NCBI RefSeq assembly: GCF_006345805.1
Contig: NC_043001.1
Location: 127,906,001 to 127,970,000, forward strand
Direction of reading: 5' to 3'
Source of the DNA: Octopus sinensis
Lineage: Eukaryota
DNA length: 64,000 bases
In this document: positions 40,497 through 53,559 of the stretch, piece after piece
Numbering within the stretch: position 1 is the first letter of the stretch
Layout of the letters: every line of letters begins with the position of its first letter
Position numbers and translations under genes: made by a program
Notes under the pieces: model-generated
Database searches by the model: none
Seen by the model: the letters and a program-made list of their open reading frames with translations, nothing else
Told to the model about the DNA's origin: nothing

Positions 40497-41025
40497 ATCA
40501 TCATCATCATCATCATCGTTTAATGTCCGTTTTCCGCGCTAGCACGGGTTGGACGGTTCGACCGGGGTCTGGGAAGCCAGGGGCTGCACCAGGCTCCAGT
40601 CTGATCTGGCAGAGTTTCTACAGCTGGATGCCCTTCCTAACGCCAACCACTCCGCGAGTGTAGTGGGTGCTTTTTACGTGCCACCTGCACAGGTGCCAGG
40701 GGGGTTCGGCATCGGCCACAATCGGTTGGAGCTTTTAACGTGCCACCGGCACGGAAGCCAGCTAAGGCGGCGCTGGCAACCGCTCCGTTTGGATGGTGCT
40801 TTTTATGTGCCACCGGCACAGAAGCCAGTCGGGGTGGTGCTGGCATCGGCCACGTTCGGATGGTGCTTTTTATGTGCCACCGGCACAGAAGCCAGTCGAG
40901 GTGGCGCTGGCAACGGCCACGTCCAGATGGTGCTTTTTATGTGCCATTGGCACAGAAGCCAGTCGAGGTGGCACTGGCAACGGCCATGTCCGGATGGTGC
41001 TTTTTATGTGCCATCGGCACAGGTA
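40497..41025 (-). mobile_element. SINE-like family C (GGAAGGGCATCCAGCTGTAGAAAC core, (GAT)n tail, internal ~65-bp tandem repeats), representative copy
   Basis: Copies: 3955-4264(+), 5780-5966(+), 17668-17900(-), 18112-18310(-), 18537-18733(-), 20250-20510(+), 29772-30070(-), 33590-33894(+), 35870-36030(-), 39700-40245(+), 43457-43940(-), 45996-46285(+), 54005-54245(+), 61882-62190(-). Confidence 0.88.
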
Positions 41026-42134
41026 TCACAACTACTATTTCCATTGATATTTATATTTATTTCGATGTTCAAAAAAAAATCAGTGAGAGGAAACATTGAA
41101 TCTGTGAGCCAGTGCTTGTACTGTGTTGTTGAGTGAATATCTTGTTAAACTACTGAATAGCCTTCCGCTTGATGTTCCCTAGAATGTGCAGAGTAGATAA
41201 GTGAACATTACTTCAATGAAAGTATTCTTTTAACTTATAGAAAGCTATCAACTAATGAGAGCTGAAGTATTTCCTAGCTTTCAAGAGCAAGCTTACATTT
41301 TTGGGAACCCAATTTGCAAGATTTTTAATAGATGGCATCAGCACAAAGGATTATTAGAAATTGTAACATCTAGCACTGAGAACATTATTCATATGCAATG
41401 AAAATATGGTAAAAGTCGGTTTTCTTGACATGTGTAGGAATCAGTTTAACCCTTTAGTGTTTAAACCGGCTGTATCCGGCCCAAATATTTTATACATTTT
41501 ATGCTCAAACTGGCCAGAACCAGCATCTCACACCTACCCTGTAATGTCATTCTTAAAATAAGCAATTACATCTTTCTTATCTGGAAGCTACAAAATAATA
41601 TCAGATAAAATTTTTTTAAATGTGAATAAATAAGGATTATTTTTGCCAAATTAATCTGAACGCTAAAGGGTTAATGTTGTTAAAGGGGAATAGTTTCTCT
41701 TGTCATTGTCCCATTTTAGATTTGCTTTTAGCTTTTTTACAATTTTTGTTGTTTCTTCTTTCTTCTTACAAGTGTCTGTCATATAAACTTTTATTTTCTT
41801 TTTATTGGCTTCCTTGTTGACAGAAAGCAGTTTTTATGTTCCTGTTTTGTAGCTATTTGTTTTAATTTTCCTTTGTTTTTTACTAAATAGTCCTACTGTT
41901 GATACCCTATAAAAGTTTTCTATTGCATAAGGCCCTGTGTCTCTGTATTTATAGTAAATATAATACTTGTGTCAGGTTTTGATGAGTGTTTTGTAAATAA
42001 ACCATTATTTTATTAGTTTTTCTGTCTGGTCTTGCAATCTCATTCAGAGTCTACAGCAATAACAAACATTTTTGAGGTCATTATTTTTACTAACTCTTTA
42101 GCATTCAGATTCCTCTGTCAAATGTAATGCTTAT

Positions 42135-42622
42135 GTTAGTTAGTTAGTTAGTTAGTTAATTTGGCTCAAAAGCAAATAGCAAGGCCATGTAGGGGGACAT
42201 GGAGTTAAGTACAGGGTGGTGTTCATGTAAAGAGTTCAGGCCACTTGAGGTCCAGGGAGGCTTTGAACAAAGCGGTCATCGACATCTTCACCATCTTGTC
42301 TGGCAGCTTGTTCCACGGATCCGCAACCCGGACGGAGAAAGCTCCTCTCCTTTGATTGAGATGAAATCGTCGCAGGTAGAGCTTTTCGGAATGACCCTGC
42401 AGCTGACGCTCTGGAGCAGGAGTGAAGAACAGCTCTTTTGAGAGGTTACACTTTCCGCTTATGATGTTGTGGGCGAGAATGAGATCACCACGGCGGCAGC
42501 GTTTTTCAAGAGAATAAAGGTCGAGCGTCCTCAGCCTTTCTTCGTAGGACAAATTTTTGAGACCATGAACCATGTGGGTAGCCAGCTTCTGGACTCTTTC
42601 GAGATGCTGTATGTCTTTGAGG
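42135..42622 (-). mobile_element. 5'-truncated CR1-clade LINE
   Basis: LSYEERLRTLDLYSLEKRCRRGDLI...FSVRVADPWNKLP; (TAAC)n tail. Confidence 0.9.
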
Positions 42623-44307
42623 ACACTTTAATCACACTGATATGAATTAGTCATGCATTACCTTGTAACTTTGGACTTTTCGATGATGTGATTGTTTATT
42701 TTTATAATAATATTGTAGGATAAGTGTGAGAGGCTGGGTCTGGTCAGTTTGAAGATAAAACTAGTAGATTATTTTGACCAGATATGGCCAGTTTAAATGT
42801 TCAAGGGTTAATCTTGCAGACTCTTTGACAATCTTCTCCATTTTGTTTTCTGTAGTAATTGATTGACTGCTCCCTTCCCTTCAAAATTGCTGGTCTTGTT
42901 CTTGAATCAGAAACCCTTATTAATATTTCAGTTGTCTTAGTTAAACTTTGTGAATATGCAACTGAACACAGCCTTGTTTGCCTTAACCACCTGCAGTTTT
43001 TTTCTTTTTCTTTTTTTTTTTCTAGTCTGTTAAAAATACTATATGTTATATGGGTGCACTGCCTAGTAGTGCTCTTTTCTGAATGTTGTGAATGTGTGTA
43101 AGTTCTGATGTTTTGGATAGGTATTTTATGTCATTTGTATATATGTTTTTTCTTTGGCATATCGCCAATACCTGAGTTTTTGCATTTTATTTATAACACT
43201 CTCTTGGTAATAGAGTGTATCTGTATTTCTTTATTAGTTTATTTTAGGGAACATTTCTGAGCTGTAAAATATTTCTAGATAACCTCAGATTATTAATAGC
43301 ATTTCTTTACAAGTAACTTAAATGATCTTCCTTGTTTTATAGCTGCAATTAGATTTTGCATGTTGTAATATGTTGGAATATTCAGCAAAATATAGACATG
43401 TTATTACCACAATTATTGTCTGCGAAGGGTTACTTATTGTAGTTGATGCAATATATCATCATCATTGTTTAACATCCGCTTTCCATGCTAGCATGGGTTA
43501 GACGATTTGACTGAGGGCTGGCGAACCAGATGGCTGCACCGGGCTTCAATCTTGATCTGGCAGTGTTTCTACAGCTGGATGCCCTTCCTAACGCCAACCA
43601 CTCCGAGAGTGTAGTGGGTGCTTTTTACATGCAACCAGCACGGGGCTAGTCAGGCAGTACTGGCAATGACCTCACTCGAAACTTTTACACATGCCACCAG
43701 CACATGTGCCAGTAAGGCGATGCTGGTAACAATCACACTCGAATGGTGCCTTTTATGTGCCTCTGGCATGGAGGCCAGATAGCCGCTCTGGCAACGATCA
43801 TGCTCGGATGGTACTCTTAACACCCTACTAGTACGGGGCTCGAGTGTCAGTAAGGCGACACTGGTAATGATCATACTCGAATGGTACCTTTTATGTGCCA
43901 AGCCGGTTAGCTGCTCTGTCAACAATCACACTCGTATGGTGAAGCAGTGCATATTGACATTTATCATTCCTAAAAACATTCAATACCTGTTGCACCTGAT
44001 TTCATTAAAAATTAGTAAAAGCTAAAATTGCTGAAATTTTTATTATTCCATAGCTGTTTGTCTATTCCTACATTAAATCTGAATTTTTTTTATAACCTAA
44101 AACTATTTTGTAGAAAAGCTGACTATGTTTTCATGTATATAATTTATTATTTATGAATTTTATATAATAATTTTATACACATATCTACACTTTGTTTAAA
44201 AGAAAATTCTTTGTGAATACAAGCTAAGCTGAAGTTTAAAATTCAATTTAATTTACTTCCCCCTTTTTTTTTTGTTGCTTTAAATATCATCAATAATTTA
44301 ATTTCAG

Positions 44308-44376
44308 TACAAAAAATACCATTTTAAAGAAGTATGATGGCAGATTTAAAGATATTTTCCAGGAAATATATGAAAA
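44308..44376 (+). CDS. IDH1: IDH1 coding exon 8 (S-TKNTILKKYDGRFKDIFQEIYE-K)
   Basis: tttcag|T ACA AAA AAT...GAA AA|gtgagt; includes the catalytic K212-equivalent. Confidence 0.97.
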
Positions 44377-45312
44377 GTGAGTATTTTATCTTGTACAATA
44401 CTTTAATTTTTTTCATTCATTTTGGACTATTTATTCTATATTTTGTGAATGTAAATTTTCTGTTTTTGTTATTGGATTCTTCATTTATATTTACATGTTG
44501 CTGAGATGGCATATCTCCTGGTTCAGTTATTTTGTAATTGAATTGATTCACAACTGAATTCTGATGGTGAAATTTTTAAGCATGATGACTTACTCTTTTT
44601 TACTTGTTTCAGTCATTTGACTGCGGCCATGCTGGAGCACCGCCTTTAGTTGAGCAAATCGACCCAGGACTTATTCGTTGTAAGCCCAGTACTTATTCTA
44701 TCGGTGTCTTTTGCCGAACTGCTAAGTAACGGGGATGTAAACACACCAGCATTGGTTGTCAAGCAATGCTAGGGGGACAAACACAGACACACAAGCACAC
44801 ACATACATATATATATATATATATACATATATACGACAGGCTTCTTTCAGTTTCCGTCTACCAAATCCACTCACAAGGCATTGGTTGGCCCGAGGTTATA
44901 GCAGAAGACAGTTGCCCAAGATGCCACGCAGTGGACTGAACCCGGAACCATGTGGCTGGTTAGCAAGCTACTTACCACACAGCCACTCCTGCACTTGCTT
45001 AACATCTAATGAACTGTTACACACATGTCATCGCATATAGCTCATAATTAGAAGCAGGACTGGGATTCAGTGTGACTAGCAATTCAGTTGGTTAAACAAC
45101 TGGAAACTAATTATCAGAAATTCTAACTCAGATACACATATTTGACTGCTGAGTTTTATTGGCTGCTATCTCGTAACTAGCAGAGAGATCAGCATTTTAT
45201 ATCCTGTCACCAGTATTCTATTGTTTTGTGACCAAAATATTTCACTTTCACCCCCACCACCCCTGTTGCATATAACTATTATAGAATAAGAGCTGAATAA
45301 CATTCAAAATGT

Positions 45313-45560
45313 GGAGGCACGTGGCTTAGTGGTTAGGGTGTTGAACTCATGATCGTAAAGTTGTGGTTTCGATTCCTGGACTGGGCAATGCATTGTATTC
45401 TTGAGCAAAACACTTCATTTCACGTTGCTCCGGTCCACTCAGCTGGCAAAAATGAGTAATCCTGTGATGGACCGGCATCCCGTCCACGTGGGGAATTTCT
45501 ACACCACTGAAACCAGGAAACTGGCCCTTATGAGTCTGGCATGGCTTGAGAAGGAAGATT
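45313..45560 (+). mobile_element. SINE family D (tRNA head GGCTTAGTGGTTAGGG...TTCGATTCC; CORE/V-like middle)
   Basis: A/B boxes visible; minus-strand relatives at about 21325-21530, 19400-19516 and 47200-47420. Confidence 0.75.
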
Positions 45561-46671
45561 TATTATTTTTTTTTTAGCATTCAAAACAATAACCAGACTG
45601 AAGAATTGATTGTGTATTTCATAAGCTTATTGTATGAAGTTCAAAAACACCCACAGAAGGAAAAAAGTTACTTGTGATTGATTAGCCTCTTATCCAAGGT
45701 TGGCTTGCTTACATATGCATGTGAAGACTAATTCTAGCAGACTGTGTGGAAGAAACCTTCACAGTTGAATGTAGTAGAAGGCAACTGCAGCAACAAATTG
45801 TAGAGTACAGCGTGCAAGATGAGACAAGTAAGCTGTGTTATCCACTGCACTCGTCTCTATTCCCAGTCATCTTGACCTTGTCACTGGATTGAAGATGGTT
45901 GCAGACAAGAGAGTGAGCTTGACAGTGCACAACTCTTCACTGAAAACAAAGTCACCATGTAAGTTATCAGTCATCCTTAACCCTTTAGAGTTCACAAAAA
46001 ACACCATCCGAGTGTGGCCGTCTGGCACCTGTGTCGGTGGCACATAAAAAACACCATCCGAGTGTGGCTGTTCGCCAGCCTCGTCTGGCACCTGTGTCGG
46101 TGGCACATAAAATCACCCACTACACTCTCGGAGTGGTTGGCGTTAGGAAGGGCATCCAGCTGTAGAAACACTGCCAGATCTGACTGGCCTGGTGCAGCCT
46201 TTGGGCTCCCCAGACCCCAGTTGAACCGTCCAACCCATGCTAGCATGGAAAGCAGACGTTAAATGATGATGATGATGATGATGATTATTCTGCCAAAATT
46301 AATGCTTTTTTATCCACATTGTTTTGAGCTAGTTATGCATTATCTTGTAACTATGAAAATTTGATGAGGTAGCTGTTAATTTTTAAAACGATATTGTAGG
46401 GCTGGTGTGAGAGACCAGATCTGGCCGGTTTGAACATAAAACAGGCAGAATACTTTTGGCCGGATATGGCCGGTTTGAATGCTAAAGGGTTAAAGATGAC
46501 TAGATAGTCCCCATCACTCTAATGAACAAACATATATATAGATCCGAGGCTAGGAGGAATATACCTCTTTGTCACTTAATACTAATAATACTAGTAATAA
46601 ATCATAGGTAGGTTTATTTGTTATGTAGTCAAGTTTATCTATAATTCTGAATTATTTTTTGCACTCTTTAG

Positions 46672-46823
46672 AGACTATAAAAGTAAATTTGAAGCCAAAC
46701 AAATGTGGTATGAACATCGTTTAATTGATGATATGGTAGCCTTTGTGTTGAAATCTGAAGGTGGCTTTGTATGGGCTTGTAAAAATTATGATGGTGATGT
46801 ACAGTCTGATACTGTGGCACAAG
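46672..46823 (+). CDS. IDH1: IDH1 coding exon 9 ([51 protein letters not shown])
   Basis: ctttag|A GAC...CAA G|gtatgt; includes the metal-binding Asp residues. Confidence 0.98.
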
Positions 46824-46950
46824 GTATGTTGGTGTTTTTTGTTCTTTTTGATTTTGGTTTGTGATAAATTTTCTCTTTGCTTTTAAAACATTCTTCAGAT
46901 TAAGAAACATTGGTTCTTTTACATTTTTGCTTTCTTTGTATTTTTTGCAG

Positions 46951-47091
46951 GTTTCGGTTCTCTTGGTTTAATGACAAGCGTTTTGATGTGTCCGGATAAC
47001 AAAACAGTCGAGGCTGAAGCTGCTCACGGTACTGTTACTAGACACTATCGGTTCCATCAGCAGGGCAAAGAAACATCTACTAATTCCATAG
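46951..47091 (+). CDS. IDH1: IDH1 coding exon 10 ([48 protein letters not shown])
   Basis: ttgcag|GT TTC...ATA G|gtaaac, after a 127-bp intron; contains the [14 protein letters not shown] motif. Confidence 0.98.
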
Positions 47092-47847
47092 GTAAACAGT
47101 CCTCTTGTTCTATTGGACCCCATATCAAAAGTACATTTTAAAGCCAGCCATCACTCATGCACAAGTATGGCTTGCTAACATGTATCATGCCTATTGCTTT
47201 AGGTGACTTTATAGATGCACTCCCAAGCCCCTCGTTCTTGACACAAGGAAATACCCAGAGTGTAACAACTGCAGGGAAAGACAGCTACACCAGTATCTTG
47301 ATTAGTGCTCATTTACAACCAAGCAATGTGAAAAGAAGTGTCTTGTTCAAGCACACAACATACCAGCAAACCTAGGAAATGAACCCTCAACCTTACATTC
47401 ATGGGTTGAACATTCTAACCATTAAGCCTCATGCCTACACCGCCCATATCACATATTTTCTTACTCCTTTACTCTTTTGCTAGTTCCAACCATTTTCTCT
47501 TCTTAGAACTCTAACTTTAAAATTAAGTGGCATTTTTGAGCTAAGGGGAGTTTGTATATGGCCATTCAGCCTGCTTAAAATACTAGTCAAATCTCCCTCA
47601 AATCACTCTTTACTGTTCAGACTATATAAAATCAAGATCCAGGGAGTGATGGATGCTGTATGAGTTTATACTATTTTGAAAAGAAGTAAAAAGTGCACAT
47701 TAAAAACAACCTTTAAAAAAGGAGAGAAAACCCAATGGAGTTTTTCCTCCTTTTCAAGCCTGTATAAAATCAGCAAGTCTATAATATAACATTGCTCTAT
47801 GCATCTTGATCCTGTGTTATTGCAACAATGTGCCCTAACATGATCAA

Positions 47848-47887
<40 letters not shown>

Positions 47888-48676
47888 CCAATTATTGGTT
47901 ACTAAAGACAAATCTGTTTAGACAGGCTTGTGTTCACATCATCACATCTGTCAATTGTTTTGCTCAGATTCCAAAAATTCCTACTTGTTTACAAGGTATA
48001 CTATTCATCAGATTTTTGCTGAAATGGCAAAATGCTACCTGTTATTACCAAAAAGTTGCAAGTACGAATCATGGTATAGATCTGCAACATACCTGTAATG
48101 TTTCATCCATTTGAATTGTGTGTTCATATAATCTCTACCATCTTTCTTGTGCATACTGACACTTATGTTATATTGTATTAATGTTTAATAATGCAGAGAA
48201 AGAAAAGCAGGGGCAGGTACAAGAGAAGAAATCATTGGTTGAAATGATTAACACCTTTCTCTCTCTACCTCTACCTATCTCTCTCCTCTTCTAGCTCGTT
48301 TGCTCCCCCTCTCTCTATCTCTCTTTCCCCTGTCTTCTGTCAGTTTTGCCATATGAGGCATAACAGAAGTTAAAAGACAGGCAGAAGAGCTAAATCATGT
48401 TATTTGCAATGTGTCTCAAACAAATCTGAAGATCCAATCTTTGATGATGTGACAATGCCAAATGATATCACAAGTAAAACTGAAAAAATATAATTGAAAG
48501 TCAATTGCAGCTATGGTGGCAGGGAAGGTGATAATGGTGATGAAATAACCCATATATGAAGAATTTACTTCAAAAGTTACAGAAACATTTTGCTGCAATT
48601 ATGAATGTTTGTTTTCCTTTTTGTTTTTGTATATTCAAAACACAATTTTTGATTTCATTTTCATTTTTCTTCACAG

Positions 48677-48839
48677 CTTCTATATTTGCTTGGACAAGAG
48701 GTCTTGCTCATCGGGCCAAACTGGACAACAATGATAAATTGGCAAAGTTTTCAGCATGTCTTGAAAAAGCTTGTATTGATACAGTAGAGTCTGGTTTTAT
48801 GACGAAAGATTTAGCAATATGTATCAAAGGAATGAAAGG
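48677..48839 (+). CDS. IDH1: IDH1 coding exon 11 ([19 protein letters not shown]...[14 protein letters not shown])
   Basis: tcacag|CT TCT...AAA GG|gtaaat; overlaps ORF-track 48556..48843. Confidence 0.98.
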
Positions 48840-49646
48840 GTAAATTTGCTTTAACTATCACCTATTTAAATGTATTAAATGTATAGCCTTTTCAGGTATC
48901 TTGCTTTAGAAATCATCATCACCCTTATCAAAAATCGCATTTTGCCAGCCATCCTGGTTCTCTGCCATGTCTTTTTGAGGTTAAAGGTCCTCAGATCAAC
49001 CTTCACTACTTCATTTTATCATCCTGGTTCTTCCTCTTCTGTAAGTTCCATCCACATTAACCCTTTCATTACTGTACTCAATTTGAGATGCTCTGTGTTT
49101 CTTTAAATTATTTTAAATATAACAAAGAATTTAGTAAAATAACTTAGTTATCATTAATCTAGTGTTAGGAACGTAAATTGTGACTAAGGTTTGGTGGGAG
49201 ATTTTAATTCAAAACTTATGAAAACAAGACATTTTACCACAGAGCCAGAGCTGGTTTTGGCCGGGTTAGTAACAAAAGGGTTAAGTAATTGCCACTTCTT
49301 TAAACAGCTGTCCTCATTCATAAGTATCATACATCCATACCTGCACAGTCTTCTTTCTTACACACTACATTTGATCTCTCTTACACCCAGTTTTCTTTCA
49401 ATGCATTTATATGTATATGTTATTGTTCATGCATACTTACATTGCATATCCAAGAGCATGCTAGTTTAATTATGTGTGTGTGTGTGTCACTACTTGACAA
49501 TTGATCTTTGCTTACATTTTATGACTGAGAAATTCAGCAAAAACGATTCTGATAGAGTGCCAAACTTAAAATTAGAGTTACTAGTATTGATTTGATTGAA
49601 CATAAACATGCATATAATATATATGTGTATATGTATGTGTGTGTGT

Positions 49647-50224
49647 GGTTTCTGACTACAAATATCTTGGGTCATACATATCATCATCTGGAAAAGATTT
49701 TCTAACTAGAAAGGGTATGGCCTGGTCAGCCTGTAATGACATGCATAAGATCTGGTCATCAAATCTAAGTAGAGATTTCAAACTTGAAATCTTCAAAGCC
49801 ACAGTCAAACCAATTCTACTATATGGCTCAGAAACCTGGACATTATCAAAGAAGCTTGAGAGGCGGTTGGATGGAACCTACACTCGCCTTCTTATGAGAG
49901 CTCAAAATCTCTCGTGGAAGTGTCATCCAACCAAAATGCAAATATATGGGAAACTATCACCTGTGTCATCTCTTGTGAAAGGTACGAGAGTCCAGTTTGC
50001 TGGACATTGTTGTAGAGCTGAAAACGAGGCAATTTCTACTCTTCTCCTCTGGAAGCCATCTACTCGCAATACCAGAGGGCGCACACTCTCTTACCCTGAT
50101 GTAATCTCCAGAGATACAGGCATCCAGCAACAGGACCTCTGTAATGCTATGATGGACCGTGAAGTCTGGCGTAGCATGGTAAATTCCATTGTCTCGACCA
50201 CGGTCAAACAATGATGATGATGAT
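49647..50224 (+). mobile_element. 5'-truncated RTE-clade LINE (second copy 61262-61600)
   Basis: YKYLGS, ILLYGSETWTL, VQFAGH; (TGA)n tail; 191-aa open remnant. Confidence 0.88.
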
Positions 50225-51170
50225 GTGTGTGTATGTATGTGTGTCACTTTTACTCGTTTCACTCATTGGATTGTGGTCATGCTGGGGCACTGTTTTGATG
50301 TGTTTAGTTGAATAAATCAACCTCAGTACATATTTTTTAAATTTGGTTTTTATTCTGTTGAGCTCTTTTGCCAAACTACTAAATTAAGCGGACAGAAACA
50401 AACCAACACCAGTTACCAAGTAGTTGGAGGGGGTCATGTGCAAACACAAAGACACACACACACATGTATATGACAAGCTTCCAAATTCATTCACAAAGTG
50501 TTGGTTAGCCTGGTGCTATAGAAAAAGAGACAATCATCCAAAGTGCTGTGCAATGGGATGAAACCCAAAGCTACATGGTTACAAAACAAGCTTCTTAACC
50601 ACACAGCCATACCTACACCTATATATTCTTTTACTTGTTTCAGTCATTTGACTGCGGCCATGCTGGAGCACCGCCTTTAGTCGAGCAAATTGACCCCGGG
50701 ACTTATTCTTTGTAAGCCCAGTACTTATTCTATCGGTCTCTTTTGCCGAACCGCTAAGTAACGGGGACGTAAACACACCAGCATCGGTTGTCAAGCAATG
50801 CTAGGGGGACGAACACAGACACACAAACATACACACACATACATATTTATATTTATACATATATACTACAGGCTTCTTTCAGTTTCCATCTACCAAATCC
50901 ACTCACAAGGCATTGGTCGGCCCAGGGCTATAGCAGAAGACACTTGCCCAAGATGCCACGCAGTGGGACTGAACCCAGAACCATGTGGTTGGTAGGCAAG
51001 CTACTTACCACACAGCCACTCCTGTGCCTGTATATTGTATATTGCATATATTGTATATATTGTATATATTATGTATATTGCACAAATATACTTAAGAAAC
51101 ATGCATACATACCTGAGTGGTAAATATCTAATCAATTTCCTTTCAGGGTAATGCAACTACAGCTCGGCAG

Positions 51171-51787
<617 letters not shown>

Positions 51788-53559
51788 GAAGAGATAAATT
51801 CTTTTGACCTATTGTTATAGTACTTGGAAAAAAAAAAAAATTTGATATTTATCTCCCAGGTAAACAATAAATGAATAAAATGAAAAGAATAAGATTTTTT
51901 AAATAAATAAATAAATGTATGAGACATTCATATATGATTTTATCGTGTCGAGTTTATGTTGATATGAAACTGTTTGTTTATAATTATTTGATTTCTTCCT
52001 GCATGCGTAGCTATATGACTGCGTGTGTACAGTTGGCGATTTTTTTCCTCTGTCTTCCCTTCTCTGGATCTTTCCTTCTCCTATGTTTCCAACGAAGAGC
52101 TCCGCTCGAAACGTTAAACCCTCCTTCTTTCCTGAGTGTCCAATAATACTATATTTGTTCCACGTCCTCGCGTTGTTGCGTTTTTTTGCGCTTTCTTGTT
52201 TGGATTAACTTTATATGGTTAAGAAGCTTGCTTCCCAGCCATGTGGTCCTTGGTTCAGCCCCACTGAGCAGTATATTTGATGAATGTCTTCTTTCTCGCA
52301 TATTACATTTGATTCCTCTTATGTGCCGTTTTCTCTCAATGCATTTATACTTTATTGTTCAGGCATATTTACATTGCATATCCAAGAGCATGCTAGCTTA
52401 ATTTCTTTCCAGTCTCCTCTAATCCCTTGTATTCTAGGCCTCTGTGTGTGTGTGTGTGCGTGCGTGAGTGTGTGTGTGTGTGTGTTTGTGTCTCACCACT
52501 TGACAAATGGTCTTAGTTTGTTTACATCCTCATGACTGAACAATTCAGCAAAAAACATTATGATAGAATGGATTTGGTTGAAGGAAACTGAAATAAATCT
52601 GTTGTATATAATTCATATATCACATGATCACGTGACCGACCAGACCATCAGATGTTGTTACACATTGCTGGTCACAATGTGTTCGCATTGTTTAGCCACC
52701 CCGCTGGCTAAGCGAGCAGGCCAACAGAAGAAAGAGTGGTGAAAGAGTACAGCAGGGATCACCACCCCCTGCCGGAGCCTCGTGGAGCTTTTAGGTGTTT
52801 TCGCTCAATAAACACACACAACGCCCGGTCTGGGAATCGAAACCGCGATCCTGCGACCGCGAGTCCGCTGCCCTAACCACTAGGCCATTGCACCTCCACA
52901 TATAATTCATATATATACATAGATACATACATATGTCCACCTTGTACATGTCTATGTGTGTGCGAGTTTATGCTTACCCTTGTCTAGATATCATGTGATG
53001 GTTGTAAATAAGCATCAATTCATACAAGTCTTCCAATGAAAAATATGTTTAACTGTGGGAAAATATTTCCTTGCTTGGAAACAGGTGAGGGTGAGTAAAA
53101 GAAAGTGCATACAACCATAGAAAATCTGCCTGAACAAATTCTATCGAATCCATTGAAGTATGGAAAATTGGACATTAAATGATGATGATATTTGCACTAA
53201 GACTCTCTACCCATGTAGTTTATTAACTGGTCAAGCTAATAAAAAAATTGGCTGATTTTAGTAAAGTAACTTGGATTATAAATTGTTATATCAAGCTGAT
53301 ATCTGGAACACAACTCAAAAAAATTGTCCTGTATAAAACTATGATGGAATTATTAGTTGAAATCCCATGTTATCATTCATATAACAATGAAATTTGTATA
53401 AGATTTTCATTTAAATATGGGCATTTTTATGTAAATTCTGCTGGGAAAACTTGATGGTTTTTAAATGATTGACAGAAATAGTGTGGTAACATGTTCAGTG
53501 ACCTTGAGCAATATACATGATGGCATTTTAGTTGCTATGAAACAATGTAATACTTTACA

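Noticed and set aside
40549-41136. 195-aa ORF and CRISPR-like periodicity
   Set aside because: It arises from the SINE-C internal tandem repeat; the units have no unique spacers and the context is eukaryotic.
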